A DNA stretch of 64,000 nt from the NCBI GenBank assembly GCA_002068415.1, contig MVZM01000003.1, forward strand, positions 40,306-104,305, given 5' to 3'. The position numbers and the translations under genes are program-made. The notes under the pieces are model-generated. The model saw only the letters and a list, made by a program, of their open reading frames with translations, did not search any database and was not told where the DNA came from. Shown here piece after piece: positions 37,583 to 47,470 of the stretch. This DNA comes from Tenericutes bacterium ADurb.BinA124. Its GTDB lineage: Bacteria > Bacillota_I > Bacilli_A > ML615J-28 > CAG-698. Position 1 is the first letter of the stretch. Each line of letters begins with the position of its first letter.

Positions 37583-39352
37583 TTATTCAATATCGGCAGT
37601 CGGATCAAAGCCTAAACGCCGCAATGTTTCCACAACATAGGATTCTCGGTATTCTTCGCCGGGTTTTCTTCCTAAATAAGATTTAAAGAATTCTTCACAA
37701 GCCTGTTCATAAGAAATCTTGGCTAATGTAGAAATAATGCGGGTACTGCGGTCAATCAGTTTCTTATTGGAGGGGAAAACTTGAATCATCCAGTTGGACC
37801 ATACCCGACCCATTTTTGCCATCGTCGCCGTACTCAATAAGTTAAAGGCCAATTTGATAAATAAATGGGTCATTAAATCCATAATCGTCCGCGGTAATTT
37901 AACCGGTACATGAATTTCATTAGCAAATAGTTTAAGATGAGGAATATCACCAAAGCGGAGCACTAAACCATCGCTAAATTTCCCAACATGTTGATTGAAC
38001 CAATCCATAACACCGCCATAAGCGGAGCCATTGATGTCAACAGCGATTAAATGGGCGGGTTGACGCGAATAACGCGAAGGATCGTCAACATTACCAATAT
38101 TATATTGTTCAATTTCTTGCGAACCAAGTTGCGGTGGATTGTCAATAATCGACTGTGAAGCCTTCATGCGAATATAATCTTCTTTTGTCCAATCCAAGCC
38201 TTTAATGGGACGACGGATGATATGCGACCAAGCCACGGTATTGGGATAGAGCGGGTCTTTTACATAGGCCCAGCTGACGGGACTGGTGTGGTCGCTAAAT
38301 TTACGAAAGGGTGGTAAAGTAAAGGTCGGTTGGCGTTCCGTTGTGTCCGTCATAATATCAATCAAATATTCATGGGTTAGATAAGTAATTAAGCCGTTTT
38401 GATTATAAGTATTAGTTTCAAACTCGACCGCTTTAGCTAAGCCTTGTAAGGGTTCTCCTTGCGATAAGGTATCAAGTAATTCTTGATACATTTGTGAATA
38501 TTCTTGTAATTCATAAGCACCTTGACCAAGAACGGATAATTCTTCCGCTGTTAGGTTTTCTTTTAACCAGCGCCAACAAGCAACTTCTAAAGCCGCACCG
38601 ACGGCTAATAATTCAACCGTCGTTACTTGCATCCGCGTTGAACCAGCAACGGCCATATTACCGACGAACAAACTGATTTTAATGATGTTTTCGCGTTCAA
38701 AAACGACGCGAACACGGTCAAGATGTTTCACTAAGATTTCTTTAGGATTGCAATAAATATAATAAGTCGTACACCCGCGTTCATCCGCTTCCAAAACGGA
38801 ACCATTAATGCTGGCAGAAAGCCCGCATTCGGCTAAACCGACGACCACATCACCAGGACCAACCTTGGCTTCCTTAACTTGTTCGCGGCCGAAAGTCATA
38901 TAATCTTCATAATTTTCGGCTGTTTTAACTAAAGCGCGGTCCCCTCCTGTCATAAAACTATTGCATCGTTCGATGTTTTCTAAAAACATTTGCCGTTTGG
39001 CAGGAATTTTTGTTATCATTGATGTCCAGAATAAACGCCACATGCCATCAAGTTGCAAAGCCATCCGTCCCGAGGCCCCCACACTGGAAAACAACAAAGT
39101 TTTTTTCTCATCAATAACGCGTTTAATATCATCGACTAATTGAGCAAATTCTTTCGTTGCGAAAGCTTTGGCTGTAGCACTGGGAATATTAACATCCGCC
39201 CCCAAAATCATTTTGATTCCGGCAGCCGTGTCCTTCGCAATCGTCGGGCTCAAATTACGAGTAATCGGATTGGATTGTTCGGTCGGGATTACTCCTAAAT
39301 GGAATTGTTTCTCATTTTCTAGAAAATCTTTGGCAGCTTGTTTGTAGTCCAC
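37583..39352 (-). CDS. Large double-SIS-like protein, glucokinase-regulator/MurQ-etherase-like (589 aa). GTG start with SD AAGGAGG.
   Basis: The C-terminal NKKLIDRSTRIISTLAKISYEQACEEFF resembles the MurQ/GckR C-terminal helix. Size fits GKRP-like double-SIS proteins. Tentative. Confidence 0.4.
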   Translation of the reverse strand: MDYKQAAKDFLENEKQFHLGVIPTEQSNPITRNLSPTIAKDTAAGIKMILGADVNIPSATAKAFATKEFAQLVDDIKRVIDEKKTLLFSSVGASGRMALQLDGMWRLFWTSMITKIPAKRQMFLENIERCNSFMTGGDRALVKTAENYEDYMTFGREQVKEAKVGPGDVVVGLAECGLSASINGSVLEADERGCTTYYIYCNPKEILVKHLDRVRVVFERENIIKISLFVGNMAVAGSTRMQVTTVELLAVGAALEVACWRWLKENLTAEELSVLGQGAYELQEYSQMYQELLDTLSQGEPLQGLAKAVEFETNTYNQNGLITYLTHEYLIDIMTDTTERQPTFTLPPFRKFSDHTSPVSWAYVKDPLYPNTVAWSHIIRRPIKGLDWTKEDYIRMKASQSIIDNPPQLGSQEIEQYNIGNVDDPSRYSRQPAHLIAVDINGSAYGGVMDWFNQHVGKFSDGLVLRFGDIPHLKLFANEIHVPVKLPRTIMDLMTHLFIKLAFNLLSTATMAKMGRVWSNWMIQVFPSNKKLIDRSTRIISTLAKISYEQACEEFFKSYLGRKPGEEYRESYVVETLRRLGFDPTADIE

Positions 39353-39384
39353 AATCTTAACCTCCTTAATTGTTTACTATAAAT

Positions 39385-39423
39385 AACGCTTTATATTATA
39401 CCATTAAAGCGTTTTTTATGCAA
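39385..39423 (-). promoter_or_regulatory. Promoter of the SIS/PfkB/HExxH operon. -35 TTGCAT (39423..39418), 17-nt spacer, extended -10 TGgTATAAT (39403..39395). The -10 lies in the loop of a perfect 9-bp inverted repeat AACGCTTTA-N11-TAAAGCGTT (39385..39413), a probable operator.
   Basis: All elements read directly on the minus strand. The inverted repeat symmetrically brackets the -10. Confidence 0.6.
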
Positions 39424-39550
39424 TTATTTCCCAAGCAAAATAAAAGTATTAATAAACAGTTTTTTGTGTCTACTAATACTTGTTTTTCACATTCATCCTT
39501 AAACTAATAAAATAATGTTTTATGAGTTTTTTGGTAAACGCCTAACCGCC

Positions 39551-40738
39551 TCATTTTTGCTTTAACGAAGATTCCCCATCAGCAGGGTGAAGATGAAAGA
39601 TGGGTTTTTGTTCTTTTTGTTCGTAAAGCAATTTATCAAGATGAGCAAAAAATTCATGGATTGAAAACGGACTTTTCGCATCAAAGCAATCAATGCCCAT
39701 ACTAATGGAAACAATAAAGGGCAATTTGTTGGTTTTGTTTAGTTCGCTAACATTGGCTAACAAGCGGTTTTGAAAAACCCTGATATCTTCTTTATGGGAT
39801 ATTTCAAAAAACGCTACAAATTCATCGCCACCAATGCGGGCTAAAAAGTCAGTACGACGAAAACTTTGACGCAGGATATTACCGATTTCTCGAAGAATAA
39901 AGTCGCCCATTAAATGGCCAAACTGGTCATTGATTTGTTTAAAGTTATCTAAATCAAAGAATATTCCCCCTAATTTCCGGAAACGGTAGCGACTCTTATT
40001 AATAGTGGATAAGTATTTTTCAAACTCACGTTTATTATATAAACCGGTTAAGTAATCGGTAACGACATTTTCCGATTGTACAAAGACAAAGACCAGTAAA
40101 ATGGATAAAGCAATCGTTTGCCAAGTTAACAGTAAACCGTAATAAAGCGATTGTAAGACAGCTCCAATCAAAGGAGGAATGAGGAACAAATGTAAGGGGA
40201 TAAAATTGGATTTGCGGATGCTCTTCCTTTTCACAATCATTACAACAAAACTGATGATGAAATAAAAAGCCGCCACTAAAATATAAACAAAGAACAAGTG
40301 ACCACGATGATAGACATTATCCTCATCAATGTAAAAAAGGGAGTTGCCAAATAAACTATATACGGCTAAGAACGCATTAATAAAGAAGGGAAGCAAAAAC
40401 CAAAGATGTTTTTTTTGAATGGGAATCGGTTGTTTTTGAATTAAAACATTAATGAAATAGAACCACAAAACCCCAATTGAAGGAGCAATCACAAGACTAA
40501 TGACTTGAGTAGCATAATAAAAACCAGTAACCCAAGCCCCCGGTCGTCCTTCAATCAAGCAACTGAAAATATCCAAGGCCATCAAAATGATATCCACGAT
40601 AATGATGGTCTTGAAAATATTATTTCCCAAATTAAGCGATTCCTTATACTGTCTAAGACTTATTAAGATAATCACTAAAATGATGATACTATAAATATTG
40701 GTTTGAAGTAGATAAGGTAGCCAATAATTCCCCATCAT
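39551..40738 (-). CDS. Membrane-bound diguanylate cyclase (N-terminal 6-8 TM sensor domain + GGDEF, RIGGDEFVAFF), 395 aa
   Basis: Canonical GGDEF. RxxD I-site-like RRTD upstream of it. Confidence 0.85.
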   Translation of the reverse strand: MMGNYWLPYLLQTNIYSIIILVIILISLRQYKESLNLGNNIFKTIIIVDIILMALDIFSCLIEGRPGAWVTGFYYATQVISLVIAPSIGVLWFYFINVLIQKQPIPIQKKHLWFLLPFFINAFLAVYSLFGNSLFYIDEDNVYHRGHLFFVYILVAAFYFIISFVVMIVKRKSIRKSNFIPLHLFLIPPLIGAVLQSLYYGLLLTWQTIALSILLVFVFVQSENVVTDYLTGLYNKREFEKYLSTINKSRYRFRKLGGIFFDLDNFKQINDQFGHLMGDFILREIGNILRQSFRRTDFLARIGGDEFVAFFEISHKEDIRVFQNRLLANVSELNKTNKLPFIVSISMGIDCFDAKSPFSIHEFFAHLDKLLYEQKEQKPIFHLHPADGESSLKQK

Positions 40739-40802
40739 ATCACCTGGCTTTCATCTAAGAATTACCATCATTATATCACATTTTTTAAAAGTGAAGTAAT
40801 AA

Positions 40803-43088
40803 TTACAACAATAAATCTGCTAAAACCCACAAAAATTTAGCCGTTGTGTGTCCCCACACCTCTTTGTAAACCGCATTATTGACAAGCGGCCAATACGGAA
40901 CATCGGCGGAACCCTTCGTTTTAATGCCAACCGGTAGGGCTCCCAAGAGTTGCTGCGAAAAAGCGACATATAAAGGATGGTAGTTATAACCTTCGCCATA
41001 CATCGTTGAAGTCGCAAAGGGATTTTTTCCTAAAATCCACTCCACTTGGTTAATTGCCACTTGTCGCATCCTTGCACTATTCAAACTTTGGCTAATGGCA
41101 CTGACTGCCTTCGTCTTACTCAATAAGGTGGCATGAAAACCTCGTCTTTGAATGGCAATCGGAAATCTTCTTAAGAAGACTTCATCATCCAAGGCAATTC
41201 CGGTTTCAATTTGCTCATGTAACTGTCTAAGATAAGAATCAAGAAGATCGCGATTAGGCAGCGTAAAACGGTCAAGATTGATTTTATCTTTTTCATAAAT
41301 GTGGGCGGGCAACAAACCATAGGGTAAAATAAAGTCTTTCGTCTTTTCAATATATTCTTGGTATAAAGTCACCGTTTGCTTCCACTTACTAAATTGGGGA
41401 TGATGAGGAGCTACCGCCATCAATTTAATAATTCCTGTAATCGGTGATTGTTCATGACCGCGATGCTCATAGCTTAAATAATGTTTATGATCACTATCTT
41501 CATAAAAGAAACCACGTAAGGGCTTTTGCCAATTTGGTAAATTGACCTCCTGACAATCCATAACTTCTTGAGCGGACAAAACCGCTACATCCAAATATTT
41601 TTCATCTTTAGTTAATTCATATAATTGGCTGGCCGCCAAAACTAAGGCTCCACTGACTTGGGCAAGGGGTCCCCGCCCCCAACGACGGGTAAACAAGCCT
41701 TTTTTTAGGCCCTCAACGCCAAAAGCAAAATCGGCCTTCGCAATTCTTAAACAATAATGAGCAAAAATATCATCCCGCTTTTGAAACATTTTCGCACAAG
41801 CGGATAAAGCCGCTGATGCTAAAAAGTTTTCAAAGGGTCCGTTTTCCGCAACATTTTTTATCGTGGTCGGCGTTTCCATTTTCAATAAATCTGCCGATTT
41901 AATCTGATTGCTAGTCCAAATGGAATAAAGAACCGCAAGTGAGCGATAACCATCGCCGAAGTGCGTCTTCAAAAGCCAATTGGCCCCGTGGCGAGCTTCA
42001 TCAAGTAGCATTTCGCTTAATTCTTCATCGTGTTGGCCCAGTTTTTCGGCACAATCAAGCAAGGCATGAACAATTTCTGCAGTGCAAATGGCAAATTGCG
42101 AAACATCACCGGCATCATGCCAGCCACCCCAATCACCAATTAAGCGACCATCAAGAGGATGAATGGTGTGATGCGTTAAATGACAGGCACTATGAACACC
42201 CTTAATTTCACAACCACAGCGTAAACTCTTTAAAAAGTGAACACTTTTCCAAAGTGCTTCCCGATAAGGAAACGAAGAGATGGGAAACAAGGCTGTTTCT
42301 TTGTTGCCGGTTTGGATTTTGTATAAACCCGGTTTTTGGACCGTTGAAAAATCAAATTCCCAAAACTGACCATATTCATTATCAATTAAGCGCCCAGGTT
42401 GGGAGAAGACAATCTCATTTTGCTCATTCAATAGTTTAAAGCTTGATGCTTGGGAAGCGGCGACCAAAGCCTTCTTTTCCGCATCCAAAAAATAACCGCT
42501 ATGGCAATAAGCAATTCGCTCTTCTAAATCCCAACCAAAGTCATAATCAGGACTTACTTGTTCTAAAACAATGTTGCTGAAATAAAAAGCCACTTCCGGA
42601 TTGGCTTCCGGCGGGCAGCCCATCAATAAGGGGCCCATGCTAATTCCGATAATATCTTCCCGCACAAAATCAGGGAATTCAAAGAAGACATGATTCCACT
42701 GATTGGGAATCAAGCTGGGAGCATGGACGATATTTTGGTTTTCCTTATTGGTAATGGCCGCATGAAAATAAAAGTTAATAAAACCTTGGGATTTAGGATA
42801 AACCCAAACCGATAAGCGATTAAAGCTCTGCCAATTTTCATGATTAATGGCCAAAGAAAAACGGCAAGCTGGACGCGGACGAACATCTTGAATATCGGTA
42901 TTGGCTTTAAGCATTAAGCTGGTCGAACCAAAGCCTTCTTTCACTACTTCTTGTGAGTAAAGCATTTCCCCTTGACCGTTGAAAACGGCACTTCTGTCAA
43001 TACTGCAATCATAAACAGTGCGCGCATGGAAAACGGTTTTATTTTCCCAACGCCAACTGGCACTATTTCTTTCAATAATATTGTCCAT
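40803..43088 (-). CDS. Cytoplasmic glycoside hydrolase family 9 enzyme with N-terminal Ig-like domain (761 aa)
   Basis: GH9 signature GGWHDAGD (compare GGWYDAGD). No signal peptide. Confidence 0.65.
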   Translation of the reverse strand: MDNIIERNSASWRWENKTVFHARTVYDCSIDRSAVFNGQGEMLYSQEVVKEGFGSTSLMLKANTDIQDVRPRPACRFSLAINHENWQSFNRLSVWVYPKSQGFINFYFHAAITNKENQNIVHAPSLIPNQWNHVFFEFPDFVREDIIGISMGPLLMGCPPEANPEVAFYFSNIVLEQVSPDYDFGWDLEERIAYCHSGYFLDAEKKALVAASQASSFKLLNEQNEIVFSQPGRLIDNEYGQFWEFDFSTVQKPGLYKIQTGNKETALFPISSFPYREALWKSVHFLKSLRCGCEIKGVHSACHLTHHTIHPLDGRLIGDWGGWHDAGDVSQFAICTAEIVHALLDCAEKLGQHDEELSEMLLDEARHGANWLLKTHFGDGYRSLAVLYSIWTSNQIKSADLLKMETPTTIKNVAENGPFENFLASAALSACAKMFQKRDDIFAHYCLRIAKADFAFGVEGLKKGLFTRRWGRGPLAQVSGALVLAASQLYELTKDEKYLDVAVLSAQEVMDCQEVNLPNWQKPLRGFFYEDSDHKHYLSYEHRGHEQSPITGIIKLMAVAPHHPQFSKWKQTVTLYQEYIEKTKDFILPYGLLPAHIYEKDKINLDRFTLPNRDLLDSYLRQLHEQIETGIALDDEVFLRRFPIAIQRRGFHATLLSKTKAVSAISQSLNSARMRQVAINQVEWILGKNPFATSTMYGEGYNYHPLYVAFSQQLLGALPVGIKTKGSADVPYWPLVNNAVYKEVWGHTTAKFLWVLADLLL

Positions 43089-43164
43089 GGTTTTTTCCTT
43101 TCTTGTCCTGCCCTTATTATACTGAATTTTCTTCTTTTAATAAACGCTTTTTACTAAAAAACCT

Positions 43165-43198
43165 TTATAAAAACCAAAAACGAATCATAACGATTCGT
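43165..43198 (-). terminator. Terminator of the starch operon (AACGAATC-GTTAT-GATTCGTT followed by U5GGU5 on the minus strand).
   Basis: 8-bp stem plus T-run. Confidence 0.7.
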
Positions 43199-45037
43199 TT
43201 AGTTCAGTTTAATAATTTTGGCGGTTTTTTTAGGAACATTGACTTTTTTCGAAACAGCGAGCTCATCAATTAAATCAAAGCCTTCTCCCAAATGATAGCT
43301 AATGTCATAATGATTATTATTAACGATGGTTAAGATTTTTTCGTGGTCTTTTTTCCGGGAAAAAGCAAAAACATTATTGCTCGTTGATTCTTCGTAATAT
43401 TGACCATCAACAAAGACTGATAAATGACGAATCTTCCCTAACTTTTGGTACCAATTAAAGAGATCTTGATTGATATGATCCCAATCAATGGTTCTTCGGC
43501 AGAAAGGATCACGGAATCCTTCCATGCCCGTTTCATCACCATAAAAAATAGAAGGTACCCCGGGCAAAGTAAATTGGATGGCCGTTGCCATTTTCAATCT
43601 CCTAACCGCTTCATGATATTCCGCTTCACTCATGTGATAATAAGCTTGTTCTTCTTTACGAAGCTGATCAGGACTGACGGGGGCAAAATTAGTCAATAAA
43701 CGGACAGTGTCATGCGTTCCTAAATGGTTCATCAAACTATCAATGACATGTTTCGGATAATTATTGATTAAATGGCGGATTTGGATGACCAAACCGGTTA
43801 AATTGTCATGCTTGATAAAATCAATGATGGCCTTTTTAAGGGGATAATTCATAACACTGTCGACTTGCTTCCCCCACAAATAACGACGACGCTGATTATA
43901 AGCATGCTTTGTGGAGGCATCTTCCCACACTTCACCGATGACGATGTTTTCCGGGTCATTGGCTTTGACAGCGGCATAGATTTTATCTAAAAAAGTATTA
44001 TCCAGTTCATCAATAACATCCAGCCGCACGCCTTTGGCCCCTTGAGTTAACCACTTATCAAGAACCCCATGCTTCCCCGTAATAAACTGTTGATAATAGG
44101 GATCTTGTTGGTTGACGGCGGGCAGGGTTTTAAATCCCCACCAACAAGCATATTGATTAGGCCAGTTAATGAACTTGTACCAACGGTAATACTTGGAGGC
44201 TCGGGATTGATAAGCACCCAGTTCAGGATAACGCTGGTATTTATTAAAATAAATACTGTCATCGCCGGTGTGGTTATAAACACCGTCAAAGATAATTGCG
44301 ATGCCTTTTTCCTTGGCTTTGGCACATAACAATTGGAAATCAGCTTCCGTTCCCAACATGGAATCAATTTTTCGATAATCACCGGTGTCATATTTATGAT
44401 TGGAAAAAGCTTCAAAAATGGGGTTTAAATAAATCACACCGACATTCAAGGACTGTAAGTAATCGAGTTTCGCAATCACTCCTTGTAAATTCCCCCCAAA
44501 AAAGTCATTGTTCAAAACAACTCCATTAGTGGCTTGAAAATGCGGAACATCACACCAATCATCATGCATGATAGCATGGGGTTTTGGAATGGTTTGCCCA
44601 ACTTTAAAAAAGCGATCAACCATAATTTGGTACATGACTTTCCCTTTAAACCAATTTAATTCACCAATAAAGGCTTGATGAACCAACAATTGCCAAGAAG
44701 TCGGATAATAATCCGTCAAAACACCGTCCAAATCCCGGTTGGAACCAATAAAGTGGGTGCCATAAACATCACAGCATTCAAAATAATACCAATATAAGCC
44801 CTTTTCTGCCAAAGAAAAAGTTACTTGATAAACCTGGTAATTGTTCTCATGGCCCTTTTTTTCTAAACTCAATCTTTTTATCTCTTGATTGCCATCGTCT
44901 TTCACAAGCAAATCTAAATAATAGAATTGATATGTTTCGATGACTAAAACAGTGATTTTAACTTGATCACTGTTTTTTATTGCACCTTGGGGAAATTTGT
45001 ATTTTTCATAAAAAGGATTGAATAAGATGTTTTTCAT
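43199..45037 (-). CDS. GH13 neopullulanase / cyclomaltodextrinase / maltogenic amylase (612 aa, cytoplasmic)
   Basis: N-terminal domain plus GH13 conserved regions (DGVYNH, GVRLDVIDE, EVWE, HDTVR). Confidence 0.85.
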   Translation of the reverse strand: MKNILFNPFYEKYKFPQGAIKNSDQVKITVLVIETYQFYYLDLLVKDDGNQEIKRLSLEKKGHENNYQVYQVTFSLAEKGLYWYYFECCDVYGTHFIGSNRDLDGVLTDYYPTSWQLLVHQAFIGELNWFKGKVMYQIMVDRFFKVGQTIPKPHAIMHDDWCDVPHFQATNGVVLNNDFFGGNLQGVIAKLDYLQSLNVGVIYLNPIFEAFSNHKYDTGDYRKIDSMLGTEADFQLLCAKAKEKGIAIIFDGVYNHTGDDSIYFNKYQRYPELGAYQSRASKYYRWYKFINWPNQYACWWGFKTLPAVNQQDPYYQQFITGKHGVLDKWLTQGAKGVRLDVIDELDNTFLDKIYAAVKANDPENIVIGEVWEDASTKHAYNQRRRYLWGKQVDSVMNYPLKKAIIDFIKHDNLTGLVIQIRHLINNYPKHVIDSLMNHLGTHDTVRLLTNFAPVSPDQLRKEEQAYYHMSEAEYHEAVRRLKMATAIQFTLPGVPSIFYGDETGMEGFRDPFCRRTIDWDHINQDLFNWYQKLGKIRHLSVFVDGQYYEESTSNNVFAFSRKKDHEKILTIVNNNHYDISYHLGEGFDLIDELAVSKKVNVPKKTAKIIKLN

Positions 45038-47445
45038 TTCTTAAATGACCTTAAATGCCAGATGTTTTTCACATATTCATCAATACTGCGATCAGCGGAA
45101 AAAATCCCCGCCTTGGCAATATTAATTAAAGCCATTTGCTGCCATAAACGACGATTTTTGTAGACTTGATCTAAATGATAGTATACTTGCATATAAGAAT
45201 CAAAATCCGCTAAACACATATAAGGATCGGAAACCGGATAACTGCTTAATAAATAACGGGTGATGTTATCGAAACTGCGACCATTAAAACCGCGGTTTAA
45301 ACGATCAACGACTTTCCTGATTAAAGGATTGTTATCAAAATAAGCATGAGGATGATAACCTCTTTTCCATAATGCGACCACTTCTTCCGCTCTCATGCCA
45401 AATAAGAAAATATTATCCGTTCCAACCGCTTCGGTTATTTCCACATTGGCGCCATCAAAGGTGCCAAATGTTAAAGCGCCGTTAATCATAAACTTCATAT
45501 TGCCGGTGCCACTGGCTTCTTTCCCCGCTAAGGAAATCTGCTCACTAACGTCACTAGCCGGAATAATCCGTTCCGCCATCGTAACATTATAGTTTTCTAC
45601 AAACACCACATTCAGTTTTTCCCGAATCAATTGATTCTTAGAAATATCGGTGGCAATAGCGCAAATCAACTCAATGATTTCTTTCGCAACAAAATAGCCC
45701 GGAGCCGCTTTCGCACCAAAAATATAGGTTTGCGGCGTGACATCGGCACTGGGGTTTTCCTCCAGTTCCACTAACAAAGCGACAATTTTAAGAACATTCA
45801 ACAATTGGCGTTTATACTCATGCAGACGCTTGATTTGCACATCAAAGCGGCTTTTCGGGTTCACAACAATCCCGGTTTTCTTAAACAAATATTTCGAAAA
45901 TTCGACTTTATTATAATGTTTAATCAGTTCCAGTTGTTTTAAGACTTCATCATCATCTTGATAGGCTAAGAGTTTCTCTAATTCCTCAGCATTTTGCATG
46001 TAAGCGGTGCCAATTTTATCATTCAAAAGTTCCACCAAACGCGGATTGGCTTGATTGAGCCAGCGACGGTAGGCAATGCCATTGGTGACATTGGTGAATT
46101 TTTCCGGCCAAATTTGTGCAAAGCCTTTAAAGAGATCATTTTTAATAATATCACTATGGAGTTTCGAGACCCCATTTACTTTAAAGGAAGCCACAACCGA
46201 AAGATTAGCCATCCGAATTTCACCATGATGGATGATTGCTAAATCGGCAATGGCCGCATCCGAAAGGACCAACTCGTGACAGTAGTGAATAAATCTTTCA
46301 TTGATTTGTTTTAAAATAATATAAATGCGCGGTAAAAGTTTTTGAATTAATTCTTCCGACCATTTTTCCAAAGCTTCGGACATAACGGTATGGTTAGTAT
46401 AACTAATGGTCTTTTGAACAATTTCCCAGCTTTCCTCATAACTTAAATCATATTCGTCAATTAAAATCCGCATTAATTCAGGGATGCAAAGCGCCGGGTG
46501 GGTATCATTAATGTGAATCGCCACATATTTAGGAAGACTATGAATGTCTCCATAATAGCGTAAGTGATCGGCAACGATGTTTTGCATCGACGCACTAACT
46601 AAAAAATATTGTTGTTTAACCCGTAAGGCTTTACCCTCATAATGATCATCGGAAGGGTAGAGAACTTTCGAAATTAAATCGGCTTCATTATATTCCTTCA
46701 TCGCTTGTGCGTAATCGCCCTGCGAAAACAAATTAAGGTTAAAATCCCTAATGTTACGGCTCCGCCATAAGCGCAAAACACTGATGGCTTCGCTGTTGGC
46801 GCCGGAAACCATCATATCATAAGGCACCGCTTCAATCGCTTTATAATTTTGATAATCATAAATGATTTTATCGCCAACATGTTTTTCAATGACTTCACCG
46901 TTAAACCTAATTTGATAAACTTTATCACCCCGTAAGGTTAACCAAACTTCGCCCCCGGGAAGCCAAACATCGGGCAATTCCGTTTGCCAGCCATTAACAA
47001 TTTTTTGTTTGAACAAACCATATTCATAACGAATCGAAAAGCCCATGGCCGGATAGGCTTGTGAGGCCAAAGCATCTAAAAAGCATGCTCCTAAACGACC
47101 TAAACCGCCATTGCCTAAGCCGGCATCCGGTTCATGTTCGTATAAATCATCCAAAGTATAGCCAATGCTTTCGAGAATGCTGCTAAACTCGTCCACTAAG
47201 CCTAAATTATAAATATTGTTTTTGAAGGACCGCCCCATGAGAAATTCCATGCACAAATAGTAAACTCGTTTCCCTTGGTTTTCTTTTACAATATTGTTAT
47301 AAACGCGCCGTTTTTTTCGTAAAATATCATTTACGGAAACCGCGGAAGCTTTATAAAGCTGTTCAATATTGGCATCCGTCAAGGTCACCCCATACATTTT
47401 TGATAAATTGTCTTCCACAATTTCCCTTAATTCCATTTTATTCAT
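45034..47445 (-). CDS. glgP: Glycogen/maltodextrin phosphorylase (803 aa)
   Basis: PLP-lysine motif EASGTGNMKFMINGA. GT35 family over the whole length. Confidence 0.9.
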   Translation of the reverse strand: MNKMELREIVEDNLSKMYGVTLTDANIEQLYKASAVSVNDILRKKRRVYNNIVKENQGKRVYYLCMEFLMGRSFKNNIYNLGLVDEFSSILESIGYTLDDLYEHEPDAGLGNGGLGRLGACFLDALASQAYPAMGFSIRYEYGLFKQKIVNGWQTELPDVWLPGGEVWLTLRGDKVYQIRFNGEVIEKHVGDKIIYDYQNYKAIEAVPYDMMVSGANSEAISVLRLWRSRNIRDFNLNLFSQGDYAQAMKEYNEADLISKVLYPSDDHYEGKALRVKQQYFLVSASMQNIVADHLRYYGDIHSLPKYVAIHINDTHPALCIPELMRILIDEYDLSYEESWEIVQKTISYTNHTVMSEALEKWSEELIQKLLPRIYIILKQINERFIHYCHELVLSDAAIADLAIIHHGEIRMANLSVVASFKVNGVSKLHSDIIKNDLFKGFAQIWPEKFTNVTNGIAYRRWLNQANPRLVELLNDKIGTAYMQNAEELEKLLAYQDDDEVLKQLELIKHYNKVEFSKYLFKKTGIVVNPKSRFDVQIKRLHEYKRQLLNVLKIVALLVELEENPSADVTPQTYIFGAKAAPGYFVAKEIIELICAIATDISKNQLIREKLNVVFVENYNVTMAERIIPASDVSEQISLAGKEASGTGNMKFMINGALTFGTFDGANVEITEAVGTDNIFLFGMRAEEVVALWKRGYHPHAYFDNNPLIRKVVDRLNRGFNGRSFDNITRYLLSSYPVSDPYMCLADFDSYMQVYYHLDQVYKNRRLWQQMALINIAKAGIFSADRSIDEYVKNIWHLRSFKK

Positions 47446-47470
47446 AATGCCTCCTTGTGGGTAAGTACGA

